A stretch of DNA of 32,721 nt from an uncultured Candidatus Bathyarchaeia archaeon (lineage in GTDB: Archaea; Thermoproteota; Bathyarchaeia; Bathyarchaeales; Bathycorpusculaceae). The DNA is taken from positions 1 through 32,721 of the forward strand of contig CAZYUQ010000001.1 of the NCBI GenBank assembly GCA_964650565.1, read 5' to 3'. This document shows, piece by piece, positions 15,309-24,334 of this stretch; the stretch's first letter is position 1, and each line of letters opens with the position of its first letter. A program made the translations under genes and the position numbers. The notes under the pieces were generated by a model. That model was not told the DNA's origin, searched no databases, and saw nothing but the letters and a program-made list of their open reading frames with translations.

Positions 15309-15842
15309 ATGCATGCACGTAATTATCGTCCTGTAAGAGGACAAGCGTACACGAGAAAAAAGTTTGCACGAGGTTTTCCGCCGCCCAAAATCGTAAAGTT
15401 CACCATGGGCGACACCAAGGGAAACTTTGATTATGAAGCTAAACTTGTAGCCTTGAAACGAGTCCAAATCCGCCACAGCGCTTTAGAAGCAGCTCGTGTG
15501 GCAACAAACCGCGTTCTGATAGATAAACTCGTTAACGATTACCTCATGCAGGTTCACCCATATCCTCACATTATTCTCAGAGAAAACAAAATGATCTTTG
15601 GAGCTCATGCTGACCGCCTTCAGCAGGGAATGCGCAGATCTTTCGGGAAAGCAATCGGCACAGCAGCCAGAATAGAACCTGATCAAGTGCTGATAACCGT
15701 GAAAGTTAAAGCCAACGCAGTGGAAACCGCCAAGGAATCATTGAAGCGAGGAAGCGCAAAGCTCCCTCTCGCATGTAAAATAGTGGTTGAAAAACTGCAA
15801 TCTCCCGACGTAACCGATAAGGCGGAGATGGAGACGGCTTGA
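15309..15842 (+). CDS. rpl10e: 50S ribosomal protein L10e (uL16)
   Basis: MHARNYRPVRGQAYTRKKFARGFPPPKIVKFTMGD... matches the L10e N-terminus. Track start 15282 is in frame but sits almost on the TATA box. The stop overlaps the ppsA TTG start (TTGA). Confidence 0.9.
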   Translation: MHARNYRPVRGQAYTRKKFARGFPPPKIVKFTMGDTKGNFDYEAKLVALKRVQIRHSALEAARVATNRVLIDKLVNDYLMQVHPYPHIILRENKMIFGAHADRLQQGMRRSFGKAIGTAARIEPDQVLITVKVKANAVETAKESLKRGSAKLPLACKIVVEKLQSPDVTDKAEMETA

Positions 15843-18271
15843 GCGCGTCAAAGAAAGACTTGGTACTATGGTTTGACAAGCTCAGAAAAACTGATGTTCC
15901 CATTGTAGGCGGCAAGAACGCCAGCCTCGGCGAAATGATCAACGCCAAAATGCCTGTTCCCCCAGGCTTCGCCGTAACGGCTTACGCGTATGAAAAATTT
16001 ATTATGGAAACTAAAATAGCCCAGATGATTTACAAGATCATCAATGAAACCGTAACCGACACAAATAATCCCCAGCAGTACGCTGTGGCTTCAGAAAAAA
16101 TCCGCGAGCTTATCGAGAAAACTCGTATGCCTAAAGCCATTGAAAAAGCCGTGAAAAAGGCCTACACCAAGCTAAACAGCACGCTGGGCATAAACGACAC
16201 TTTTGTCGCCGTGAGATCCAGCGCAACCGCTGAAGATTTGCCTGACGCGTCCTTCGCAGGGCAGCAAGAGACCTACCTTAACGTCAGAGGTTATGATGAC
16301 CTGCTTGACAAAATCATGAAGTGCTGGTCCAGCCTCTTCACGCCACGAGCCATCTTCTACAGAAACGAGAAAGGTTTTGCTCACGAAAAAGTTTTCATAA
16401 GCGTTGGGGTTCAGAAAATGGTGAACTCCCGCGCGGCAGGCGTCATGTTCACATTAAACCCAGTAACTGGGAACACTGACGAGATTGTTATCGAAGGCAA
16501 TTATGGTCTAGGCGAAACCGTGGTTTCTGGCGCAGTGAACCCTGATGACTTCGTGATCGACAAGAAAACAGTAACGATAAAGGAAAGGCGAATTGCAAGG
16601 AAGACAATCCAGTACATCCGCGACCCAAGCACAGGTAAAACAATTCATTTGGATGTGCCTGCAGACAAGCAGAAAGAAACCTGCGTGAGCGACGAGGAAA
16701 TTCTGAAGCTCGCAGGGCTGGGTAACCTTATTGAGAAGCATTATGAAAGGCCCATGGATATCGAGTGGGCGATTGACAAAGACTTATCTTTTCCAAAAAG
16801 CATATTCGTAGTTCAAGCTCGTCCTGAAACAGTTTGGAGTGCCAAACATATGGAAACACCTGTACGAGTTGAAGAAAGGAAACCTGAAGAAGAATTGAAA
16901 GTAGTTGTGAAGGGCATATCCGCTGGCAGAAGAGGCTACGGCGCAGGCATAGCCAAAGTCGTGCTCACGCCCGACGAAGCTGCGAAAGTAATGCAGAAAG
17001 GTGACATACTCGTAACCGACATGACTAACCCTGATTTTGTTCCATTCATGAAAATTGCAGGTGCAATAGTCACCGACAAAGGCGGCGTCACATCCCACGC
17101 AGCCATTGTAAGCCGCGAGCTCAGCATCCCCTGCATCGTAGGCACTGAAACCGCCACGGAAGTCATGAAAACGGGCAAAGAGTATACGGTTGACTCGCGA
17201 AACGGCATAGTTTACGAAGGCTCTATGCCTCAAGCCGCACAGCCTTCCGCGTCAAACGGCGCCGCAGTGACCGCAAGCGCAACGGCACCGGTGCCTGTAA
17301 CCGCGACAAAAATTTACATGAATTTAGGGGTTCCTGAGAAAGCAGAGGATTATAAGAGCTTGCCTTTTGAGGGCATAGGGTTGATGCGTGTTGAGTTTAC
17401 GCTTGCCAGCGCTATAGGCGATCATCCGTTGTATCTTATTGACACTGGGCAGGGTCAGACTTTTGTGGCTAAACTAGCCCAAGGCGTCGCAACGGTGGCG
17501 AGAGCTGTGCAGCCGCGTCCTGTTGTGGTGCGTTTAAGCGATTTTAAAACTAATGAGTATCGCGACCTTAAGGGCGGCGACAAGTACGAGATTGTTGAGG
17601 AAAACCCGATGCTTGGTTGGCGGGGCTGCAGCCGCTACATAAGCAAGTGGTACGAGAAAGCTTTCAGGCTTGAATGCCAAGCTATCAAGAAATGCCGCGA
17701 GGAGTGGGGTCTCAAGAACGTTTGGGTCATGCTCCCGATGGTGCGCACATTGTGGGAAGCCAAGAAAGTAATTGAAATTATGAAGGAAGAAGGCTTGCAG
17801 CGGTCACGCGACTTCAAGGTGTGGTTCATGGCTGAAACTCCCTCCATAGCGATAATGGCAGACGAGTTTTCCAAGCTGGTTGACGGCTTCTCCATAGGCT
17901 CAAACGACATGACGCAGGGCATCTTGATGATTGACCGCGACTCTGAACGCTTAGGCCAAATGGGCTACTTCGACGAAAGAGACCCTGCAGTGAAGCGAAT
18001 AATCGCACATCTCATAAGAGTGGCACATGAGAACGGCTGCACAGTTTCAATATGCGGTGAAGGCCCATCAAACTTGCCTGACTTCGCCGAGTTCCTTGTT
18101 CGCGTTGGAATCGACAGCATATCCGTAAACAACGACGCGGTTATCGCCACAAAAAACCTTGTCGCCAGCATAGAACAAAAGATAATTCTTGAGCGCTCGG
18201 CTGAGCAAGCTGCCATAGCCGCTGGGCGTCCGCTGCGAAAACCCAAGAAAGATTGGGAATGGACTCCATAA
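15839..18271 (+). CDS. ppsA: Phosphoenolpyruvate synthase (pyruvate, water dikinase)
   Basis: 810 aa. N-terminal ATP-grasp part (VGGKNASLGEM, VAVRSSATAEDLP, SFAGQQETYLNV), a phosphohistidine swivel domain (GGVTSHAAIVSRELSIPCIVG) and a C-terminal PEP-utilising TIM barrel (GSNDMTQ). Confidence 0.95.
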   Translation: MSASKKDLVLWFDKLRKTDVPIVGGKNASLGEMINAKMPVPPGFAVTAYAYEKFIMETKIAQMIYKIINETVTDTNNPQQYAVASEKIRELIEKTRMPKAIEKAVKKAYTKLNSTLGINDTFVAVRSSATAEDLPDASFAGQQETYLNVRGYDDLLDKIMKCWSSLFTPRAIFYRNEKGFAHEKVFISVGVQKMVNSRAAGVMFTLNPVTGNTDEIVIEGNYGLGETVVSGAVNPDDFVIDKKTVTIKERRIARKTIQYIRDPSTGKTIHLDVPADKQKETCVSDEEILKLAGLGNLIEKHYERPMDIEWAIDKDLSFPKSIFVVQARPETVWSAKHMETPVRVEERKPEEELKVVVKGISAGRRGYGAGIAKVVLTPDEAAKVMQKGDILVTDMTNPDFVPFMKIAGAIVTDKGGVTSHAAIVSRELSIPCIVGTETATEVMKTGKEYTVDSRNGIVYEGSMPQAAQPSASNGAAVTASATAPVPVTATKIYMNLGVPEKAEDYKSLPFEGIGLMRVEFTLASAIGDHPLYLIDTGQGQTFVAKLAQGVATVARAVQPRPVVVRLSDFKTNEYRDLKGGDKYEIVEENPMLGWRGCSRYISKWYEKAFRLECQAIKKCREEWGLKNVWVMLPMVRTLWEAKKVIEIMKEEGLQRSRDFKVWFMAETPSIAIMADEFSKLVDGFSIGSNDMTQGILMIDRDSERLGQMGYFDERDPAVKRIIAHLIRVAHENGCTVSICGEGPSNLPDFAEFLVRVGIDSISVNNDAVIATKNLVASIEQKIILERSAEQAAIAAGRPLRKPKKDWEWTP

Positions 18272-18331
18272 CAAAGCGGAAACAGCAACCTTCCTTTTTT
18301 CTTATTCCTTCACGTTTCCTCCTGCTGGTGT

Positions 18332-19339
18332 ATGCGTATGAAAGGATTCGATTTTGAAGAAGAACGAATAAAACAGGAAATAGCTAAACTCAACGCAAAA
18401 CGTGTTCTACTGCAGTTGCCTGAAGGCTTGAAACCTGAAGGACCACGCTTGGCTAAAGTCATCGAGAAAGCAGGCGCGTTGCCTATAGTTGCCGCAGACC
18501 CGTGCTACGGCGCTTGCGACATAGCCACTGCCGACGCCGGAAGCTTAGACGCAGACTTAATCATCCATTTTGGACACGCAAAATTGCTGAAGCATGAAAG
18601 TGTCCCCACCCTTTATGTGGAAGCACGAGCAACTGCAACAGTTGACGCTGCTGTTGAGCAGGCTATTCCGTTGCTGGGCAGATGGAGTAAAATCGGCTTA
18701 GCCACCACGGTTCAGCATGTGCAGGCGCTTGACTGCGCTAGAGAAATCCTTGTGCGCGCTGGAAAAATCGTAGTTGTGGGCGACGCTGGCAGAATAAATT
18801 ATGCTGGGCAAGTATGCGGCTGCGACTACAGCAACGTGAAATCTGTGGCAGGCGATGTTGAGGCTTTCCTTTTCGTCGGCGGCGGGCAATTTCACGCGTT
18901 AGGCATAGCGCTTACCGCGTCTAAGCCCACGATAATTGCTGACCCCTACGAGAACAGAGCCTACTCGATAGATGCTGAAGCGCAGAAAATTCTTAAGCAG
19001 CGGTGGGCGTGCATTGAGGAGGCTGGGCGCGCTAAAACTTTCGGTGTTCTTGTTGGTTTGAAGCTGGGGCAGAAGCAGTTTGATGAAGCTTTGAAAATCA
19101 AGGAAGCGCTTGAGAAAAACGGGAAAACCGCCATTCTTTTCGCAATCAGAGAAATAGTGCCTGAAGCGCTCATGGAGTTTCCAATGGTTGATGCGTACGT
19201 GAACACTGCTTGCCCACGAATATCCATTGAAGCAGCGTCGAAATTTCCGAAGCCCGTGTTAACCGTGAACGAATTTAAGGTTGTTGTTGGAGATTTTTCA
19301 TGGGAAACCCTGCTCAAAAACGGCTTACTCGAAAACTAG
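18332..19339 (+). CDS. dph2: 2-(3-amino-3-carboxypropyl)histidine synthase (diphthamide biosynthesis, Dph2)
   Basis: 335 aa. LLQLPEGLK, DPCYGACD, and conserved Cys-containing segments (GQVCGCD, NTACPRI) typical of archaeal Dph2. Confidence 0.9.
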   Translation: MRMKGFDFEEERIKQEIAKLNAKRVLLQLPEGLKPEGPRLAKVIEKAGALPIVAADPCYGACDIATADAGSLDADLIIHFGHAKLLKHESVPTLYVEARATATVDAAVEQAIPLLGRWSKIGLATTVQHVQALDCAREILVRAGKIVVVGDAGRINYAGQVCGCDYSNVKSVAGDVEAFLFVGGGQFHALGIALTASKPTIIADPYENRAYSIDAEAQKILKQRWACIEEAGRAKTFGVLVGLKLGQKQFDEALKIKEALEKNGKTAILFAIREIVPEALMEFPMVDAYVNTACPRISIEAASKFPKPVLTVNEFKVVVGDFSWETLLKNGLLEN

Positions 19340-19998
19340 ACTTAGAACTGTTTCTATCTCAAATCAAGCCGCATCCCTCACCGAACGCGCACTTGGAACA
19401 GTACACCACGTCAGAGTCTGCGGCAGCTACAATGCTGTATCTGGCAGCGTACACGTACGGTGACATCGTAGATAAGCGGGTTTTAGATTTGGGCTGCGGC
19501 ACGGGCAGGCTTGCACTGGGTAGCGTATTTCTCGGCGCTGAATCAGCTGTAGGCATAGACATCGGCAGGTTGGCGGTGAAGCTTGCCGCGGAAAACTCGG
19601 CAAAACTAGGTTTCGAAACTAAGGTGGACTGGATTGCAGGCGACGTTAATGCGGTAGCTGGAAAGTTTGATACTGTGTTGCAGAATCCGCCTTTCGGAGT
19701 GCAAAAACGTGGCGCTGACCGAGTTTTTCTGGAAAAAGCCCTGCAGGTTGCCGATGCAGTGTACTCGCTGCATAATCATCCTTTTACTGGCGAACCGCTG
19801 GTGAAGCGGCTTAGGAGAAACGCTGGTTTGCTGCAAGTTGCGGCTTCACCATTTATTGCAAGGTTTGTGGAGGCGCACGGCGGCAGAATCAAAGCAGTTT
19901 ACGCGGTGCTGATGACTATTCCGCATATGTTTGATTTCCACACTAAAGCAAGAAGTGAAATCATCATCGACTTGTACGTGATAAGAAGGGAAAAGTGA
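19300..19998 (+). CDS. METTL5-family (COG2263) N6-adenine rRNA methyltransferase-like protein
   Basis: LEQYTTSESAAATMLY, VLDLGCGTGRLALG, GIDI, FDTVLQNPPFG and AVYSLH align along the whole length with the METTL5 pattern (LEQYPT, DLGCGCG, NPPFG). Overlaps dph2 by 40 nt; no alternative in-frame start lies upstream of the conserved region. Confidence 0.85.
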   Translation: MGNPAQKRLTRKLDLELFLSQIKPHPSPNAHLEQYTTSESAAATMLYLAAYTYGDIVDKRVLDLGCGTGRLALGSVFLGAESAVGIDIGRLAVKLAAENSAKLGFETKVDWIAGDVNAVAGKFDTVLQNPPFGVQKRGADRVFLEKALQVADAVYSLHNHPFTGEPLVKRLRRNAGLLQVAASPFIARFVEAHGGRIKAVYAVLMTIPHMFDFHTKARSEIIIDLYVIRREK

Positions 19999-20150
19999 CT
20001 AGAAGTTTTTAATTTGTTTTTCACAACTGCGCGGCAACCAAACTCGTCATCCTCCACAATACCCCAAAACATTTTATCTTATTCAAACAAAAGGTTTATT
20101 GAGCAGCTTAGAAACTTACAGATATACCCATTCCACAACGCTTACATTTA

Positions 20151-20750
20151 ATGGCAAAACGGAAATTGGATGAACTTAAAATGTCTGAACAAAAAAGCGG
20201 CAACGTAGTTTTACCTGGAGAACGCCTAGGCGTAATCGAGGAATTTCTCCCAGATTCAGGAACATACGTTAAAGACGGCGTAATCTACTCCAAAATTGTC
20301 GGTCGCGCGTTAATGGACTTAATGCACAAACGCGTCTCCGTTTACCCACTGATTAATGGGGCGGTTGTTCCACAGGTCTCAGGCACGGTTGTGGGGCAGG
20401 TTGGCAATGCTCAGTCTGACAATGTTTTGGTGCGGATTTTCAAAATCGGCTCCAGAAAGCTTTCAGGTGTTTTCACGGGCATACTTCACATTTCTGATGT
20501 GCAGGATCGCTACGTTGACTCGATGAATGACGTGTGTAAAACGGGTGATATTTTGCGAGCTAAGGTCATAAGCGAAAAAAACCAAGTCTACCATTTGTCC
20601 ACTAATGATAAGGGTTTAGGCGTGGTTTACGCGTTTTGTTCTCGTTGCGGGCAGTTGCTTGAGCCGAATCGGTATGAGATGCAGTGCATTAAGTGCGGGC
20701 ATGTTGAAAGGCGTAAGTCTGCGGTGGATTATGGGAAAGAGGAATTATAA
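20151..20750 (+). CDS. csl4: Exosome complex RNA-binding subunit Csl4
   Basis: VLPGERLGVIEEFLPDSGTY (N-terminal domain), an S1-like central part, and a C-terminal zinc ribbon CSRCGQLLEP...CIKCGHVERRK. Confidence 0.85.
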   Translation: MAKRKLDELKMSEQKSGNVVLPGERLGVIEEFLPDSGTYVKDGVIYSKIVGRALMDLMHKRVSVYPLINGAVVPQVSGTVVGQVGNAQSDNVLVRIFKIGSRKLSGVFTGILHISDVQDRYVDSMNDVCKTGDILRAKVISEKNQVYHLSTNDKGLGVVYAFCSRCGQLLEPNRYEMQCIKCGHVERRKSAVDYGKEEL

Positions 20751-20764
20751 CCTGAGGGGAAGCG

Positions 20765-21052
20765 TTGAAATTGAAGGTTAATGTTTTGAAGAAAGCGGGG
20801 AACGAGTTGAAAATTGAGATTGAAGGCGCAGGTCACGGCTTGTGTAACCTGCTGCAGAAAAAGCTTTTGGAAGATAAGACCGTGGACATGGCTGGCTACG
20901 ATATACCGCATCCTCTGGTGTCGAACCCTGTGATTTACGTGCGGATGAAGGGCGCTACAAAGCCTGAAGCTGCGTTGAAGAGGGCAGCTGAGAAAGCCCG
21001 CGAAGCCAACGATGCTTTCAGCAAAGCGTTGGAGAAAGCGCTTAAGGCTTAG
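20765..21052 (+). CDS. rpoL: DNA-directed RNA polymerase subunit L (Rpo11)
   Basis: 95 aa with a TTG start. ELKIEIEGAGHGLCNLLQKKLLEDKTVDMAGYDIPHPLVSNPVIYVRMKG fits the RBP11-like dimerisation domain. The csl4-rpoL adjacency is conserved in archaea. Confidence 0.85.
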   Translation: MKLKVNVLKKAGNELKIEIEGAGHGLCNLLQKKLLEDKTVDMAGYDIPHPLVSNPVIYVRMKGATKPEAALKRAAEKAREANDAFSKALEKALKA

Positions 21053-21142
21053 AAGTAGCTTTTTCGAGTATTCTTTGTTTTTCGTTAAAACTTTAATAAT
21101 GCCTTTTGGCATAGTTAGGCTTCAGGTTGTTGGGGAACTGTT

Positions 21143-21751
21143 TTGCGTCGCAGTAGCTTTCGCGTGGTTAAGCCTGAAATCCGCGTTTTAGGAGTTGACG
21201 ATGGCGTTTTTACTCCGCACGTTGCGGCTTGGGTGCCTGTTATCGGCGTTGTTTTCCGAGGTGGCTACTGGCTTGACGGCGTGATGCACACCAAAATCAT
21301 GGTTGACGGCTTTGACGCTACTGCCAAGATATCTTCCATGATTACTAATTCACCGCATCACCAGCAGTTGCGCGTGATACTGTTGAACGGTGTTACTTTT
21401 GCTGGTTTCAACGTAGTGGATATCAACGCGCTTAACGCGGCAACGGGGTTGCCTGTTATCGCGGTGACGCGTGAGAAACCGAATTTAGCCGAGATTCACG
21501 AAGCCTTGCAGCATTTGCCTATGAGTGAGGAGCGTTGGCGTTTGGTTCTTGGTGCTGGGGAGTTGGTGGAGGTGGCTACTAGGCGTGGGAAGGGGCATAT
21601 TTATGTGCATGTTGCTGGGGTTTCTGTGGAGGATGCGCGGCGAATTCTGCGGTTGACTTCTACTCGGAGTGATGTTCCTGAGGCTTTGCGTGTTGCGCAT
21701 CTTGTTGCGTCTGGGGTAAGCTCTGAAGGGGCTAAATTGGAAAAAGTTTAA
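21143..21751 (+). CDS. DUF99/UPF0215 family protein (endonuclease V-like fold)
   Basis: KPEIRVLGVDDGVF, GVVFRGGYWLDGV, VDGFDAT and LRVILLNGVTFAGFNVVDI...TGLPVIAV are characteristic of archaeal DUF99. Confidence 0.8.
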   Translation: MRRSSFRVVKPEIRVLGVDDGVFTPHVAAWVPVIGVVFRGGYWLDGVMHTKIMVDGFDATAKISSMITNSPHHQQLRVILLNGVTFAGFNVVDINALNAATGLPVIAVTREKPNLAEIHEALQHLPMSEERWRLVLGAGELVEVATRRGKGHIYVHVAGVSVEDARRILRLTSTRSDVPEALRVAHLVASGVSSEGAKLEKV

Positions 21752-21799
21752 AAGCGACCGTGTAAAGGGAAAACAGCACGAATAGCGGAGTGACGAATA

Positions 21800-22153
21800 G
21801 TGGAGTTCTGTCCGAAGTGTGGTTCTCGTCTTGAACCTCGAAAATCTAAGACAGGCAAGTCAGCTTCGCTGGTGCTTGCTTGTCCGAAATGTGGGTACAA
21901 GAAGCAGGAGTCAAGTAAGAAGGTTGAGCCTAAGGTTGCTAAGGTTATTCAGCATAATCCGCAGCAGTTGGTGGCGGTGATTGGCAAGGCGGAGCAGAAG
22001 TTGCGGACGTTGCCAACCGTTAGGATTGAATGCCCGAAATGCGGGAACAACACGGCTTACGTGTGGCAGGTGCAAACTAGGGGCTCTGATGAGTCTTCAA
22101 CTCAGTTTCTGCGCTGCACGAAATGCAACTACACGTTCAGAGAATACAGTTAG
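21800..22153 (+). CDS. tfs: Transcription factor S (TFS / RpoM-like)
   Basis: N-terminal zinc ribbon CPKCGS...CPKCGY. C-terminal TFIIS-type ribbon CPKCGNNTAYVWQVQTRGSDESSTQFLRCTKCNYTF carrying the acidic DE tip. Confidence 0.85.
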   Translation: MEFCPKCGSRLEPRKSKTGKSASLVLACPKCGYKKQESSKKVEPKVAKVIQHNPQQLVAVIGKAEQKLRTLPTVRIECPKCGNNTAYVWQVQTRGSDESSTQFLRCTKCNYTFREYS

Positions 22154-22231
22154 AGCTCTTGTGAAAAACAAATTGGTAGCTTTTCGTTACCGTTGGTTAT
22201 AGACTCTGCTTTTCTAGTGCAAATCTAGCGT

Positions 22232-22274
22232 GTGGGAAAAACTATAGCCCCCTTATTTATAGTTCCTTTATATA
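22232..22274 (+). repeat. Composite intergenic element, copy B: GTGGGAAAAACTATAGCCCCCTTATTTA, spacer, then TTTATATA
   Basis: 22242-22259 (CTATAGCCCCCTTATTTA) is an 18-nt exact match to 31943-31960. The overall layout parallels 3142-3180. Confidence 0.6.
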
Positions 22275-22424
22275 TTGCTGAAACGGGAAATCAGTATGGC
22301 ATTGAAGTGGTTCCTGAGTGTTTACTTGTGTAGTGAGAATGTGGGAACCTCTCTTTTTCTTGAAGCTTTTTGTCTTTCTGGAGAAATTTTTTGTTTATAG
22401 GCGCCATGCTTAGTTGTGTAAATC

Positions 22425-22432
22425 TTTTATAC
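22425..22432 (+). promoter_or_regulatory. Candidate TATA box for pcn
   Basis: TTTTATAC 34 nt upstream of ATG 22467, with GAGG at 22454-22457. Confidence 0.35.
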
Positions 22433-22466
22433 CTCACAGCATATTGCATTAAGCGAGGAAAAGGAC

Positions 22467-23222
22467 ATGTTTAAGCTCAAAGTAGCTGACGCTAAACTCT
22501 TAAGAGACATGGCAACCGCAATCTCCATACTCGTGGACGAAGCCACCTTCAAAATCGAACCTGAAGGCTTAAAACTGCGGGCAATGGACCCGTCCCGCGT
22601 AGCCATGATAGACTTCGAATGGCCAAAAGCAATTTTTGAGGAATACGTGTGCGCAGAACCCACACGCATGTGCATAAACATAAGCGAACTGCTGAAACTG
22701 CTGAAAAGAGCAGGCAAAGACGAGGCAGTCGAGTTGACGCTTGACGAGAAAACAGGGCGGCTTGAAATCAAAATAACAGGCAAGTACAGCCGAAACTTCA
22801 CAATGCCTACGCTGGAAGCCTCAGAAGAAGAGGTGCCCACGCCAAAAATAACCTTCAACGTGAAAGCCAAAACCACAACGCAGGGTTTAAGCCAAGCCAT
22901 AGAAGACGCGCAGCTCGTAAGCGACCATGTGCGGGTAGAAGCCGACGCGGAGAAACTGGTTTTAAACGCCGCAGGCGATTTGATGGGCGCGACAATAACG
23001 CTTCAGAAAGGAAGCGATGCGCTGTTGGATTTAGAAGCCAAGGAAGCTTCGAAAGCCACTTTCAGCCTAAGCTACCTGTCAGAAATCATAAAAGCCGCCT
23101 CAGCCACATCGGACATTGCCACGTTAGAGTTTTCGTCAGACATGCCAGTGCGCATTGATTTTCAGCAGACAAAAGAGGGCAAACTGACTTTCTTCCTCGC
23201 GCCGAGAATCGAAACCGAGTAA
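22467..23222 (+). CDS. pcn: DNA polymerase sliding clamp PCNA
   Basis: 251 aa. MFKLKVADAKLLRDMATAISILVDEATFKIEPEGLKLRAMDPSRVAMIDF... is a typical archaeal PCNA N-terminus and length. Confidence 0.95.
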   Translation: MFKLKVADAKLLRDMATAISILVDEATFKIEPEGLKLRAMDPSRVAMIDFEWPKAIFEEYVCAEPTRMCINISELLKLLKRAGKDEAVELTLDEKTGRLEIKITGKYSRNFTMPTLEASEEEVPTPKITFNVKAKTTTQGLSQAIEDAQLVSDHVRVEADAEKLVLNAAGDLMGATITLQKGSDALLDLEAKEASKATFSLSYLSEIIKAASATSDIATLEFSSDMPVRIDFQQTKEGKLTFFLAPRIETE

Positions 23223-23236
23223 CGTGAAAGAAAAAT

Positions 23237-24268
23237 ATGCAACTGGAAACGGCGGAATTCACCCAAAACGACTTAGCAAAATATCCTTTTCTTAAAAAAA
23301 CCGCAGAGCACATCAAAAGACTAGGCTTAAAAATCGAAGAACTAACAAATCCTGAAATGGAGCAAATTTTCAACCGCGCAGAAGAACGAGTCAAAAACGC
23401 AATCTTATACGCCGTTCACGTTGGCGAAAAACGCGAAAACGACGTGGAAATCCCCTCCTTTCCAGTAGCAATAATCTTAGCCATCGCCACCAAAAACTCC
23501 TTCATCAAGAAACGCTACGCGCTAGCCGAAGCAAAAACCGCTTTCAGCAACCTGCAACTTGAAACCCGCGAAAAACTCTTAGCAATAGCCGCAGACTTCG
23601 ACTGGGACATTACACTGAACCGCGACCCCGCCATTCCCCTTGAATTCGCACTTAACTTCACTCACTACTTGAAAAACACAGTGCACCTAAAAGACGAAAA
23701 CTGGAAACTAATCAACCGTTTAATGGCGAATGGCACAGTTTACTTGAACCAGCATGATGTTGCAAGGCTACTGCAGGAAGAAATTCAAAGACGCATCACA
23801 AAACGACTAGAAGAACAAGAACTCCCCACATTCCCAGAGAAAATAACGCAGACTGCCGAACGACTAACCGCCTTAGCCAAGGAAAGAATCGGCACAGAAG
23901 AAATGGAAGGATTCCCCAAAGTCGTGAATCAATCAGCTTTCCCGCCCTGCATAGTAGCTTTGTACGAAGATGCTTCGAAAGGACGCCACCTTTCACACGT
24001 AGGCCGCTTCACGTTAACCTCTTTCCTCGTAACCATCGGCATGCCCCCCGAAAAAGTAAACGAATTGTTCAAAAGCTTCTCAGACTACAACGAACGCCTA
24101 ACCCGCTATCAGGTTGAGCATATTGCGGGGGAAAGAGGTTCCAGAACAAGGTACACCCCGCCGCAGTGCGCGACTTTGCAGACTCACGGCGTTTGCGTAA
24201 ACAGCGATGACTTGTGCCGCCGAATTCGCCATCCACTCGCGTATTACAGGCTGAAACAGAGACGCTAA
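23237..24268 (+). CDS. priL: DNA primase large subunit PriL
   Basis: 343 aa. C-terminal Fe-S domain cysteines (FPPCIVAL, PPQCATLQTHGVCVNSDDLCRRIRHPLAYY), and a position next to pcn and priS. Confidence 0.9.
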   Translation: MQLETAEFTQNDLAKYPFLKKTAEHIKRLGLKIEELTNPEMEQIFNRAEERVKNAILYAVHVGEKRENDVEIPSFPVAIILAIATKNSFIKKRYALAEAKTAFSNLQLETREKLLAIAADFDWDITLNRDPAIPLEFALNFTHYLKNTVHLKDENWKLINRLMANGTVYLNQHDVARLLQEEIQRRITKRLEEQELPTFPEKITQTAERLTALAKERIGTEEMEGFPKVVNQSAFPPCIVALYEDASKGRHLSHVGRFTLTSFLVTIGMPPEKVNELFKSFSDYNERLTRYQVEHIAGERGSRTRYTPPQCATLQTHGVCVNSDDLCRRIRHPLAYYRLKQRR

Positions 24269-24334
24269 CCTCGCATGGACAGGTAAACACTTGTCGCGTT
24301 TTATGAAAAACTTATTAACTTACAGGGACTGCTT

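Noticed and set aside
16172-18288. Several minus-strand ORFs inside ppsA (for example 16784..17233, 17635..17922, 17965..18288)
   Set aside because: They are fully embedded antisense in a high-confidence 810-aa PEP synthase gene, with no family features.
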